Origin: Malacoraja senta
Lineage: Eukaryota
Assembly: GCA_038087875.1 (NCBI GenBank)
Contig: CM075977.1
Span: 248,124,001 to 248,188,000, forward strand
Length of the DNA stretch: 64,000 bases
Direction: 5' to 3'
Below the pieces are notes generated by a model. That model worked only from the letters and a program-made list of their open reading frames with translations, was not told the DNA's origin and did not search any database. Below are positions 26,047-38,708 of this stretch, one piece after another (within the stretch, counting starts at the first letter, position 1; each line of letters begins with the position of its first letter). The position numbers and the translations under genes are program-made.

Positions 26047-27720
26047 CAATGCCCTCCATAATGTTTGGGACAAAGACCCATCATTTATTTATTTGCCTCT
26101 GTACTCCACAATTTGAGATTTGTAATAGAAAAAAATCACATATGGTTAAAGTGCACATTGTCACATTTTATTAAAGGCCATTTTTATACATTTTGGTTTC
26201 ACCATGTAGAAATTACAGCTGTGTTTTAACATAGTCCCCCCCCCCCCTGTCCCCCCCCCCCCCCCCATTTCAGGGCACCATAATGTTTGGGACACATGTC
26301 TTCACAGGCGTTTGTAATTACTCAGTTGTGTTTAATTGCCTCCTTAATGCAGGTATCCGAGCTCTCAGCACCTAGTTTTTCCTCCAGCCTTTCCATCACC
26401 TTTCGAAACTTTTATTGCTGCTTATCAACAAGAGGACCAAAGTTGTGCCAATCAGTCAAAGAAGCCAATATGAGACTGAGATACAAGAATAAAAATGTTA
26501 GAGACATCAGGCAAACCTTAGGCTTACCAAAATCAACTGTTTGGAACATCATTAAGAAGAAAGAGAGCACTGCTGGGCTTACTAATCGCAAAGGGACTGG
26601 CAGGCCAAGGAAGACCTTCTCAGCTGATGACAGAAGAATTCTCTCTATAATAAAGAAAAATCCCCGAAACACCTGTCTGACAGATCAGAAACACACTTCA
26701 GGAGTCAGGTGTGGATTTGTCAATGACCACAGTCCGCAGAAGACTTCATGAACAGAAATACAGAGGCTACACTGCAAGATGCAAACCACTGGTTAGCCGC
26801 AAAAATAGGATGGCCCGGTTACAGTTTGCCAAGAAGTACTTAAAAGAGCAACCACAGATCTGGAAAAAGGTCTTGTGGACAGATGGGATGAAGATTAACA
26901 TATCAGAGTGATGTCAAGAGCAAAGTATGGATGAGATAAGGAGCTGCCCAAGATCCAAAGCATACCATCTCATCTGTGAAACACAGTGGTGGGGGTGTTA
27001 TGGCCTGGGCATGTATGGCTGCTGAAGGTACTGGCTCACTTGTCTTCATTGATGATACAACTGCTGACGGTAGTAGCATAATGAATTCTGAAGTGTATAG
27101 ACACATCCTATCTGCTCAAGTTCAAACAAATGCCTCAAAACTCATTGGCCGGCAGTTCATTCTACAGCAAGACAATGATCCCAAACATACTGCTAAAGCA
27201 GCAAATTAGTTTTTCAAAGCTAAAAAATGGTTAATTCTTGAGTGGCCAAGTCAATCACCCGTTCTGAACCCAATTGAGCATGTATTTTATATGCTGAAGA
27301 GAAAACTGAACGGGACTAGCCCCCAAAACGAGCATAGGCTAAAGTTGGCTGCAATACAGGCCTTTCAGAGCATCACCGGAGAAGACACCCAGCAACTGGT
27401 CATGTCCATTAATCGCAGACTGCAAGCAGTCATTGCATGCAAATGATATGCAACAAAATAGTAAACATGACTACATTTATTTACATGACATTGCTGTGTC
27501 CCAAACATTATGGTGCCCTGAAATGGGGGTCTATTTATAAACACTGCTGTAATTTCTACATGGTGAAACCTAAATATATAAAAATGACCTTTATTAAAAT
27601 CTGACAATGTGCACTTTAACCACATGTGATTTTGTTTTCTATTATAAATCACAAATTGTGGAGTACAGAGCCAAATAAATAAATGATGGGTCTTTGTCCC
27701 AAACAATATGGAGGGCACTG
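26047..27720 (+). mobile_element. Complete Tc1-family DNA transposon, IR/DR type
   Basis: TIRs of about 225-250 bp (caatgccctccataatgtttggga.. / ..tcccaaacaatatggagggcactg), inner repeat ccataatgtttggga, TA on both sides. Confidence 0.95.
26430..27460 (+). pseudogene. Tc1 transposase with frameshifts and stops
   Basis: Paired-like HTH (LGLPKSTVWNIIKK), GRPRK, and catalytic motifs WTDG, QQDNDPKH, NPIEH spread over several frames. Confidence 0.93.
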
Positions 27721-28044
27721 TATATTAAGCACACCGTTAAACCTAAGGGCAAATTGAGATGTGCAAAAAATCCAGGCCTTTCTAGCAATGTTTACATCCT
27801 GAAAAATTGATAAATGCTAAAAGATTGTTATTAAACTGCAAGAGATCTCTTTCTTTCTATGCTCAAATTATCTGTGCTTACAACTAGAAGATCTTTTTGT
27901 GCTCTATTCATCACAGCTGCAGAGCTTATCTGATGTAGATGGGTATTGCAAGCTGACATCGCAACTGACTGGCATGATCTACCATTCAGCTCTTGGAGGT
28001 TTCAACATAATACATTTGGAAGGCTAAAAGTATTTAGACCTACT

Positions 28045-28322
28045 TTAGATGTTAGAGGTACAGCGTAAAAACAGGCCCTTCGGCCCTCCGGACACATGCT
28101 GACCAGCAGTCACCCATACACTGGCTTTATCCTACACACTAGAGAAGCTAATTAAACCACAAACCTGCACGTCTTTGGAGTGTGGGAGAAAACTGGACAA
28201 AACTCACATGGTTACAGGGAGAATTTACAAACTCCATACAAACAGCACCCGTAGTCAGGATTGAACCCAGGTCTCTGGTGCAGTAAGGTAGCAAGTCTAT
28301 TGCTGCGCCACTGTACCACCCA
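28045..28322 (-). mobile_element. HE1-type SINE
   Basis: Reverse complement gtacagtggcgcagcaatagacttgct..gggttcaatcctgac. Confidence 0.8.
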
Positions 28323-29629
28323 CTTATTATTGGGAGTAATTTTGATTTTAAACAATGCTATAAAATGGATACTAATGATTCAGGTACCCATTATACAACA
28401 GACCCAGTGTTAATTTTTATTGGCTTAGAAATTAAAATAAGTAATGATTTAAACTTGTTATCGTCTATTTTAAAATCAAATGACTCCTTTTTCCTTGTTG
28501 GCTATAAGGGTCCTAACAAACTAGTGATCTTGATCTTTTCTGCCATTAATTTGTGCATTTCTTTTATAAATGCCTATAATTAATGTCTGGCATCAATCTC
28601 ACACTAAAGGGGATTTTTGGAGTGGTGGGGATATTGCAATATATTGCAAAGAACTGTAGATGCAGAAAATCAAAGAACTGCAGATGCTGCAAATCTGAAA
28701 AAAACTCCAGAAAATGCAGAAAACTCAGCAGGTTGGACAGCATCCAGGGAGTTAATGCTATTTCTGTCCCTGATTTATGTATTGGTCTTTATAACCTTTT
28801 TTTTTATTTATTTTTTTAATTCTGATTATATGTTTTCTATAAATCTCTGTATGGTGTCCTTGAGACCTCGGTATAAGGCGCCCGTAAATAAAATCCATTA
28901 TTATTATTATTATTATTCATCAAAAACATTCATTAAACCTGAAATGTTAACTCTGTTCCTTTAGGCTCAAATGTTCCCTGACCTGGTAAGTATTTCAAAT
29001 ATTTTCTGTGAAAAGTATAGGAATTATTTTTTTAAATGTCATTGTTTATCTTTGAAACTATTTTCATTGACATGTTTGATCTTGAGAAATGTTTCAATTC
29101 CAGTCACAGAGGCTTTGAACTAATTGTTTTCTTCTTTTTTCAATACATAGTTTTCTCAAACTCGGTTATTACAGTAGGATCCATCATGTTGTTGAAAATG
29201 GAAAGTGTAGATATGCATATAAATATTTTTCATTTTTTATTTAGGTTGAAATGTGAATTGACACTGTCCAGCAAAGACAAAAACTTTTGGCTCTTCTTCA
29301 GTGTAGACTTCTTGTCAATTATCAACTTTATTTATTTTCTCATTTCAGTCCAGAATAAATTTTTTTAATTGTCACATAATCAGTTAATTGGCGTGTCTCA
29401 GCCATTGATTTATTCTTTATTATGTTTATTCTATTACTCTTTCAAATTATTCAGTGCAGTTTAACTTGTACCAGGGCTCATATTGCTTCATTTCCTCATT
29501 TGACACATCAAGCCAAGCAGCACACCTTAGGAAGCTTAAGATCACAACAGGTTCCATATAATACCAGGCCATGATGCATTTACTCAAAAAACCTTCTATC
29601 GTACATCTATAGAAGTATGTTAAAGTATT

Positions 29630-29938
29630 AAGGGCCTCACGGTGGCGCAGCTGTAGAGTTGCTGCCTTACAGCACCAGAGACCCGGGTTCCAGACTACAG
29701 GTGCTATCTGTACGGAGTTTGTACATTCTCCCCATGATCGCATGCGTTTTTCCTGAAATCTTTGGTTTTTCACCCCACACTCCAAAGACGTACAGGTTTG
29801 TAGGTTAATTGGCTTGGTATAAATGTAAATTGTCCCTAGTGCGTGTCGGATAGTGTTAATGTGCGGGAATCACTGGTTGGCATGGACTCTGTGCGCCGAA
29901 GGGCCTGTTACTGCGCTATATCTCTAAACTAAACTAAA
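29630..29938 (+). mobile_element. HE1-type tRNA-derived SINE with (CTAAA)n tail
   Basis: A-box ggtggcgcagctgtag, B-box-like gggttc; CR1-type 3' end gaagggcctgtt..tctctaaactaaac. Confidence 0.85.
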
Positions 29939-29945
29939 TTCAGAG

Positions 29946-30076
29946 TCTGAAGAAGGGTCTCAACCCAAAATGTCACCTTTACCTTCTCTCCAGAGATGCT
30001 GCCTGCCCCGATGAGTTACTCCAGCCTTTTGTGTCTATGTTCAGTTTAAACCAGCATCTGCAGTTCCTTCTTACAC
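29946..30076 (+). mobile_element. Penelope pLTR-derived unit with 13-bp TSD; hammerhead mutated
   Basis: actaaattcagag at 29933-29945 and 30077-30089; unit starts tctgaagaaggg. Confidence 0.85.
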
Positions 30077-30139
30077 ACTAAATTCAGAGACATGCCGAAT
30101 CTCTTTAACCTTCTAAGAAACTAGAAACAATGGCTTGCC

Positions 30140-30962
30140 TTTTTATTTTTATTTTTTATTTTAATTTTATTAGAAGTTAATACAATACAAAACAATACTG
30201 TGGTACCTAATTTTAGGTGCCAACTATGTCATAACGTAATACATTCTATGTACAACCTCTAGTTTTATGTTTTTGAAAAGGAAGTAAAAAAAAAAAAAAA
30301 TAGAGAGAAGAAAAAGAGGAAAAATAGATAGTAGAAAATAGAAGAACGTGAAGTGTGTATATAAGAAAAGAAAAAGTAGAAAGTAGAAATAGTAGAAAAA
30401 GGCCCTTAAAATAGAAATTTTCAAATCTTTGTTCGGAGATGTAAATCTATCCACGACCTGACCTGAAATCAGTAATCTTTACGGTACTGCTGCATCACAT
30501 GATTCCAAAAAGTCGATGAAAGGGGACCAACTCCTTAAGAATTGGTCATATTTATCTATTAGGCGGAGTCTCATTTCTTCAAGGTGTGCTATGTCCGTCA
30601 TATTCCTAATCCACATTTTAATAGTTGGTATAGCTGTATTTTTCCAAAATTTAAGTACCAATTTCTTTCCAATTATTAACCCATAATTAAAGAATACTTT
30701 TTGGTCTTTGTTTAAATTGATATCTTCTACTATTATTCCAAATATAATCCATTCCGTATTAGGTTCTATTCTTGACTTGAAGAGCTTTGTAAATATATCA
30801 AATATATCGCTCCAAAATTTATTCAACTTTATACATCCTACGAATGAATGTGTTATATTGGCATTCTGAAACAAACATTTATCGCATCTGGGAGAGACGT
30901 TTGGGTAGAATTTATTCAACCTCGTTTTTGAATAATATAGCCTATGTAATAATTTAAATTAT
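30140..30962 (-). mobile_element. L1-clade LINE 3' fragment
   Basis: ORF 30479-30919 with CDKC..H..C zinc knuckle; A-rich tail (T-rich on +). Confidence 0.9.
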
Positions 30963-31669
30963 TAATGCATTTTTTCTGATTGCATTTATGTACTGAGCCC
31001 AGGACAGGTCATCCGATGTTTTCGCCCAGGAATTTGAAGCTGGTAACTCTCTTCACCACGGCACCGCCATGAAAACTGATGTGTGGTCTCCTGATTTCCC
31101 CTTTCTGAAGGAAATGATTAATTCCTTGGTCTTGTTGATGTTGAGCGAGGGGTTGTTGGTGCGGCACCACTCAACCAGGAGTTGTTTCTCTCTCCTGCAG
31201 GTTGACTCATCAGCATGTCGTGGTCTCCTTTGTGAATTTGTAGATGACATGGGAGCTGTGTTTAGCTGCACAGTCATGGCTGTAAAGCTATTAGGACAAC
31301 GGGTAAAGCAAGCAGCCTTGAGGTGCACCTGGGTAGTAAGAAGGAGAGTTTAAGAAGGAACTGCAGATGCTGGAAAATCAAAGGTAGACAAAAGTGCTGG
31401 AGAAACTCAGCGGGTGCAGCAGTATCTAGTAAGAAGGAGATGTTGTTCTAACTTCATAGTAAGAAGGAGATGTTGTTACCGATCCACACTAATTGAGGTC
31501 TGCCAATTTGGATCCAGTTGCAAATTATACCCTACAAGTAAACAGAATCTGCCAGTCCAATTTAGTCTGGTTTAAAACTGACTCCCATACAAAACAGTGG
31601 TACTGGTTCAAAAAGTTTGTAGAGCAATGATAGGGAATGAACGAACCTCAGGGATTTCCACTGGACCTA

Positions 31670-32271
31670 TCTATATATAATACTAGACTAGGTGGGGGTG
31701 CGGGGGAGAGGTGTGTGGGGGAGGGGGGTGTGGGGGAGGGGGTGTGTGGGGGAGGGTGGTGGGGGAGAGGGGGGTGTGGTGGGGGTGAGGAATTGGGGTG
31801 TGTAGGAAAATGGGGTGTGTGGGGAAAGGGTGTGTGTGGGGAAAGGGGGTTGTGGGGAAAGGGGGTGTGTGGGGAAAGGGGGGGTGTGGGGAAAGGGTGG
31901 GTGTGGGGAAAGGGGGGGTGTGGGGAAGGGGTGGGCGGGGGGAGGGAGAAGGGGGAGTGAGGGGAAAGGGGAGTATGGGGGGGGCTCGCACTCTGCTCAC
32001 CCCACACTTCAGCTTTCGGCCTCACACAGCAGATCCTGGTCCCACCCCGGCTTCACTCAGAGGCTTCCGGTTCCACTCAGCAGCTTCCGGCTGGTCGTGC
32101 TGGTCTCCGCAGAAGCAGCCCGCAGGCTGCTCACTCTCCGCAGGCTGCACACTCTCCGCGGGCTGCACACTCTCTGCGGGCACATTTTCAGATCGCTATT
32201 TTGATCTAATACCTCCGTGTGTACTTGACTGGCGTCACAACGGGCACCCAACGGGACCACGGGTCATCTAG
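31670..32271 (+). mobile_element. Candidate non-autonomous Helitron-like element with G-rich satellite
   Basis: A|TCTATATATAA start, CTAG|T end, no TSD, GC-rich subterminal segment. Confidence 0.5.
31690..31985 (+). repeat. G-rich low-complexity tandem repeat (tgtggggaaaggg..), G-quadruplex prone
   Basis: Many closely spaced G3-G7 runs. Confidence 0.9.
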
Positions 32272-32834
32272 TATACAATAAAACTCTATTAATCCAGCAC
32301 ACTCGGAACCTTGGCCAAGCTAGCAGTTTTTAAAAAAACTTTCTAGTGTTCTTAAATACTCCAATAAACTTCTATGTCACTTTTTAATAGAAGATAAAAG
32401 ATAATATTTTAATGAATCATGTAAGTTTTAATAGACTGCAGGAAATTGAACCAGGTAAATTTCAAGGTATGAAAGCTTAAAAACAAGATGAACTTAAAGC
32501 GACATCTGGAACCAGGACCCCAGTGAGTGGTCATCAATAAATTACTCAGCCATAATAACTTAATCTTATCCTACCTACCACGACTTAACACTATCAGAGA
32601 AGTTCCCTAGGTTTCACCCATATTTCGTTGCTACCGAGGCTAACGTACTTCTTTTGTTCTGTGATGAAGGGACTCTTACGTTAAACAATAACAGTTTCTC
32701 TGTCCACAAATTTCCATTTTCAGTTTTTCTACCATTGACTAATTTTTCCTTATCCTACTCATTTAAGTCTAGCCTGCTGGGCAGGTCCCACCACCTTACC
32801 ATTAACAACCTAGTATACAGACATAGAGGTTTAA

Positions 32835-32967
32835 TGTGTTGGAAGGAACTGCAGATGCCAGTTTACACTAAAGATGGACACAAAATGCTGGAGTAACTCA
32901 GTGGGTCAAGTAGCATCTCTGGAGAAAAGGAATAGATAATGGTTCAGGTCGAAACCCTTCTTCAGAG
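32835..32967 (-). mobile_element. Penelope pLTR-derived unit; hammerhead degenerate
   Basis: Reverse complement ctgaagaagggtttcgacctgaacc. Confidence 0.75.
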
Positions 32968-33374
32968 TCTGAGCAAGTAGAGACATTGGTGAGTTTACTT
33001 CGTAATTGCATCAATGTGCTGGGCTCAGGACAGATCATCAGAGATGTGCATGCCCAGGAATTTGCGGTGTTGACTCTCTCCAGCACTATCATTTTTAACT
33101 TTGGTCGCAATATGTTCTATTTGCACGTTGCACTGCAGAACCTCACTGTGGCATCATCAACAGCAGCCTCAAATCTCTTAACCTCTACTGCCTTGAATAC
33201 CAAGGATAAAAGGAGCATGGGAACACCATCAGCAAGTTCCTCTCCATCATATTCCCTGGAAATCTATTCATCTTTCATCTTTAGTCAAAAATCATAAAAC
33301 AACCTATTTTCTCAATTGCTCAACACAGTTTCCCAGTTTGCTCAACACAGTTTTCTTACGGTCAAGTTGAGTTA

Positions 33375-34386
33375 ATATCATATTTGTATAATATTATCTT
33401 AAATGTAGAAATACCATCTACGGAGGGTATCAGAAGAGACTGGGAACAAGAGTTAGCTATTAACATTTCAAAGGAAAGTTGGAATGAACACTTATTAAAC
33501 GTGCATAAATGTTCGATTAATGTAAGACACACTTTAATACAATTTAAAATTTTACATAGATTATATTATTCCAAAACTAAAATTCATAACATTTTCCCAA
33601 ATGTATCATCTATTTGTGATAAATGTCAATCCCAAGAAGCTACTATAGCGCACTTATTCGTTTTCTGTACAAAAATTCAAAAAGTTTGGAATGAAATTTT
33701 TGAAATCTTTACAAAATTATTTAAAATAAGACTGATACCCAAAGCAGAATGGATTATCTTCGGAATAACGGAAGATGGTCCAGAACTAAATGTGTTTCAA
33801 AAGAAACTAATAGACTATGGGTTAATAACTGGAAAAAAGCTAATTCTAAAATTTTGGAAGAAGGCTCCAATACCAACTATAAACATGTGGATTTCAAATA
33901 TGTTTGAAACATTACACCTAGAAGAGATAAGACTCCTCCTAGCAGGTAAACCAGATCACTTCCACCTGACGTGGTCTGCATTTATAGAATTATTACAAAC
34001 ATAGGGTGCAAAGGTACCTTAAAAAAAATTGAGGTCAGGTAAGGGGGGATGATAGTTGAAGAGTTGGTATGTCCCATTTGCGTAATGCTCATAAAAAATA
34101 TTTGTTTCTCTCTTTTTCCTCTTTCTCTTTCTCCTTCTTTTCTAGGGTCTATTTCTTAACTCTTTTTCTTTTGTTTTTAATTTTGTTCTTATAGGGTCTT
34201 CGTCCTTTTTTGTTGTCACATTTTCTACACTCTCACTTTTTCCTTCACTTTCTTCTTTCTTTCAATCTTATCTTTTCCTTTTACTAGTGTAAAAAACAAA
34301 TGGAGTACATTAATTGTAAGAAGACATAAGTGACGAGTACTAATGTATGTGGTTGTAATGTAATGTACTTCTAATAAATAAAAAAT
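33375..34386 (+). mobile_element. L1-clade LINE 3' fragment, same family as 54339-56794
   Basis: ORF 33384-34004 is nearly identical to the C-terminus of ORF 54334-56334; same 3'UTR. Confidence 0.95.
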
Positions 34387-35510
34387 TAAATTAATTTTGT
34401 ATTGCTAGAGATAGTTACATCACATTGAATAATAAAAACAAGGTGCTATACTGTGTGCAGTTTTTTGCTGATATGTTATTTTTCTGATAGGCAAGCTAAG
34501 TCATTGAAATTTTTTTATGAAACTCACAAATTGCCAGAGCTCCATCAAGAAAGATCATCGAGAGTAAATTGTCACAGGTTGTCGGCATTGAGCAATTCTT
34601 TTGTTTACAATGCATTCGTGTGGTCAAATTACTGCACTAAATTTGAATTTTCACTTTTTTGTTCCAGTTATTGCTTTAACATCTCCACCCACATTTAAGA
34701 TAAAATTGGAAGGGTGGTTTACACAATGTAATACACTGAATTGTACACATTCAGCCTCCGGGAAAAGCCCTGCAGGTCTTTCAGATTAGTTGGAGAAGAT
34801 GTTCCTTTAAATATATTTCTCTCCTATTCTATATTCTCTCCTTTAATGACCACAAAATAAAAATACATACTATTGCCTAATGGCAGCATCAGGTTAAGTC
34901 TAACAAAAGCTAAGTGATGCATGCAGCTGTGACTAGTCTTTGCTGATGGTAAAGGAGGTCAATGTTAGTATAACCAGTCTTAGTACCTTATGCTTAGAGA
35001 AATGGAAACCATGAAAACATTGCATGCTGGTATAACCAAACTAAACATCCAAAACTGGCCTGTTCACTCACCATCTCAATTTTAAAATTATTATCCCTTT
35101 TCAAGTCCCTTCCTTGTTTTGCAACTTCTCCAACCAGAACCTTATAATCAGCCAAGATAACTGGTGTACTCCATTTCTAGCCATTTGATTACCTTGGAAT
35201 GTATTCTCTACATTACTGGTAGCCCAACCTTCAGATGCTCAAACCCTAAATCTGGAATTCCTTCCCTAAAGTCCTACACCTCGGTATTTCATTTAATTCC
35301 TTTCGGATGCTCATTAAAACCCATTTATTTGATGATTTGTATCAATGTTGTCATATGCACACATTGCACACTGCAATGCACCACCTACCCTCAAGATCTG
35401 CAATTACCAAGTCCTCCAACAGCTTCACAACATTACAATTGTCCATATTACCATCACTCCGACATGAACCTCTCCAAAACACAATACGCCATTCTCTGAT
35501 CCTCAAACAT

Positions 35511-38500
35511 TCTTCTTCTTCTTCTTAAGCCCTTTGCTCCTCTATGAAGCATAGTTCATTGACAAATGTCCTCCACTTTGCTCCTCTATGAAGCATAGGC
35601 CATTGACAAATGTCCTCCACCTCACTTGGTTGTGGGCAGTTCTTTTGAGATCTCCCCGGTTGAGCCCACTCTCAGACATTTCTGTCTGGACACCTCTTCT
35701 CCAGCTGTTCCTGGGGCAACCTCTTTTCTTTTTTCCTTGGGGGTTCCATTTCAGGGCTTGCCGGGTGATGTTTGTGGCAGGTTTCCTGAGGGTGTGTCCA
35801 ATCCAACTCCATTTTCTCCTTCGAATTTGTAAGTCAATGGGCTCCTGGCTTGTTCTTTTCCGCAGGTCCACATTGCTTACTTTCTCTCTCCACCAGTTGT
35901 TAAGTATTCTCCTAAGGCAGGTGTTAATGAATATTTGCAGCCTGTTTGTAGTGTGTTTTATTGTTTTCCATGTCTCTGATCCATACAGCATCACCTGTTT
36001 CACATTTGAGTTAAAGGTGCGTATTTTGGTGTTCATTGAGATGTGTTTTGAACTCCTGAGCATGTTAAACACCACCCCAGCATTATTGATTCTACTTCTT
36101 ATGTCTGCTTCTGCCCCTCCGGTGATGTCCACAACACTGCCTAGGTATATGAATGTTTCTACCTCCTCTAGAGCAGTGCTGTGCATAAGGATAGGGTTGC
36201 TGGTTTTGGAGTGGATCCTCATCACCAGTGTCTTTACTGTATTGGGTGTAAGACCAAATTTTGTGACAGCTTGTGAGAGTCTGTCCGTCTTCTCCTGCAT
36301 TTGTATCTGTGTGTGTGAAAGGAGAGCTATGTCGTCTGCAAAGTCAAGATCATCTAGCTGCTCCCACATTGTCCACTGAATTCCATTTCTTTTCCCTTCA
36401 GTTGTTTCCATCATGATCCAGTCAATTGCCAGGAGGAACAGGAATGGTGACAATAGACATCCCTGCTTGATGCCCGTCCTGACACTAAAGCTCTGAGAGA
36501 GCTGGCCTGCATGCATAAATTTGCATGAGGTTCCATCATACGAGTTCTTGATTATGTTTATGATCTTGGTGGGAATTCCATAGTGGTCCATTAGGCGCCA
36601 GAGTGTTGTCCTGTCTAAGCTGTCAAACTCTTTCTTGATGAAGTTGAATTTACAGGGACGTGTTCCATTCAATAGACTGCTCAATGATGATGCGTAATGT
36701 TGCTATGTGGTCTGTGCACGGGCGATCCTTCCTGAATCCTGCTTGCTGGTCCCATAGCCTCTTGTCTACAGCTTTGTGAAGACAGTTGAGGATGACCCGT
36801 TGAGAATTTTACTGGGTACAGAAAGTAGGATGATCCCTCGGTACTTGTCACATTTTCTTAGGTCACCTTTTTTTGGCAGTTTCACGATGTATCCCTCTGC
36901 CCATTCTGTGGGTGTCTTTTCCTCTTCCCAAATTCTCCCAAAGAAGCCATAGAGCATGTCTGTTGATGAGTCTATATCTACTTTCAGGGCTTCAGGTGGA
37001 ATATTGTCAGGGCCAGCAGCCTTGCCAGTTTTCTGTTGCATAATTGCAGCCTTTATTTGTTGATCTATCACACTTAATTTGTAGTGGTATCCTGGCTTTG
37101 GGAATGTGTGTCTGTACAGGTCCTGTTTAGGACTTCTTTGAAATGTTCTACCCATCTGTCGAGCTGCGCCTCCTGGGTTGAAAGCAGTTGACCGTTCTTG
37201 TCTGTAATTGGTTTATTACTATGCAGATATGGCCCAGACAATTTCCTTGTGATGGTATATAACTCCCTCATGTTCGCTTGAGTCGCCGCAATTTCTGCCT
37301 CTTTGGCTAGCCTCTCCACCTGTGTTCTCTTGTCCCTCCTTATTTTTATTTTGCACTTCTTTGCGGCATCTGTTGTACTCTTTTGGGCCAAAACCTTTTC
37401 AGCTCTTGTTCTTGAGTTGTTCACTTTCTCCTTTAACTTTGTTGGATTGTGTTGGGTTTCAGTTGTTATCTGCTCTTTGTGCTTTTGGGTCCTCCCTAGG
37501 GCCTCCTCACAGGTTGAGCTCCAAGCAGATTTTAGGTGTTCCCACTCCTCATTTATTGTCCATCCTTCCTTCCTCCTCCGCTGTAACTCTGTGTTTTCCC
37601 TTGAGAGGGTATCCTTGAATTCTTCACCACTTGAGCACTACTGAGGTATTCAATGTTGTATTTAGCTCTTTGGCTTTTGGCCTGGTGGTGTCTCTTCGGC
37701 CTTAGCTTAAATTTCCCTCCCAGGAGGTGATGGTCTGAAGCTGTGTCTGCTCCTCTTCTTGCTCTGACATCTTCCATTGACCTTCTGAACTATTTACAGA
37801 TACAAATGTGGTCAACTTGATTTTCTGTGATGTGATTTGTTTTGTAGATTGTTTTATGAGGGAATACACTTCCCCCAATCACTTGGTTATTGTTAACACA
37901 GGTCTCAGCAAGCATCTCGCCATTTTCATTCATTTTCCCCACTCCATGCTTTCCCATTACAGCCTCATATCCCTCGTTTTGGCCTCCAACCTCAGCGTTG
38001 AAATCACCCATCAGGATAATGAGGTCTCTGCCTCCAAAACTACCAAGTAGGTGGTTCAAGCTGTCATAGAACCTACCTTTGACCTCATCCTCCGCGTCGT
38101 TGGTGGGTGCATAATATTGGATTATGTGGGCTTTCACTCTCTTGTTGTTGGTTTTGAACGTTGCGGAGATGAGGCGAGAGCTGATGGGTTTCCATGCCGT
38201 TAGAGCCTTTCTAGCGTCCTTGGTCTCCCCTGACTGTGTCCATCTTGTTTCAGCCAAGCCCAGGACTAAGAGATTGTAGCGCACCATTTCGTTGGCAATT
38301 GTGGCAGCCTTGCCAGCCTGGAACATGGTTTGGATGTTCCATGTCCCCACAAGGATGGATTTCTTTGGCGTCAGTAGGTGTGTCAGCTTCCCAGTGCCCT
38401 TGCGGGTTTGGCTGGGAAGCGTCATGTTCCCCATCACTGGGGCACCTTCTTCAACCAAGCGTGTAATTTGGTTTTCATTCGTCAAAGTTTCTGTGACTCA

Positions 38501-38708
38501 CACTTTTCTCCAGGGTGGGGTAGTTAACCCCACGCCCAACCCCCAACCCCCAACCTGGAGGACCAGGGACAGCTTCGTCTGCCTCCTCACCCGAGACCTG
38601 TCTGGTTGGTTGAACCTGCCAAGGATATGAAACCCCATCCAGCATAGCTCTCAGGATCACTGGAGTACACAAGCCTCTCCTCCACGGCAAGGTTGCAGTC
38701 CAGGAGAG
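35511..38708 (-). mobile_element. Full-length RTE-clade LINE, pseudogenised, with 13-bp TSD and (GAA)n tail
   Basis: APE motifs GTWNIQT, YAPTND, MGDFNA; RT motifs KQGCLLSP, FADD; gatcctcaaacat at 35498-35510 and 38709-38721. Confidence 0.95.

Larger units (their letters stand above)
29560..31330 (-). mobile_element. Old Rex1 fragment split by three younger insertions
   Basis: FYRCTIEGFLSKCIMAWY near 29560-29625; LVEWCRTNNPSLNINKTKELII at 31053-31328; bridging pieces at 30082-30140 and 30965-31050. Confidence 0.75.

Noticed and set aside
31637-32271. Gly-rich and Pro/His-rich ORFs
   Set aside because: Translation of a G-rich low-complexity repeat.
35588-36379. 263-aa plus-strand ORF
   Set aside because: Antisense shadow of the RTE reverse transcriptase.
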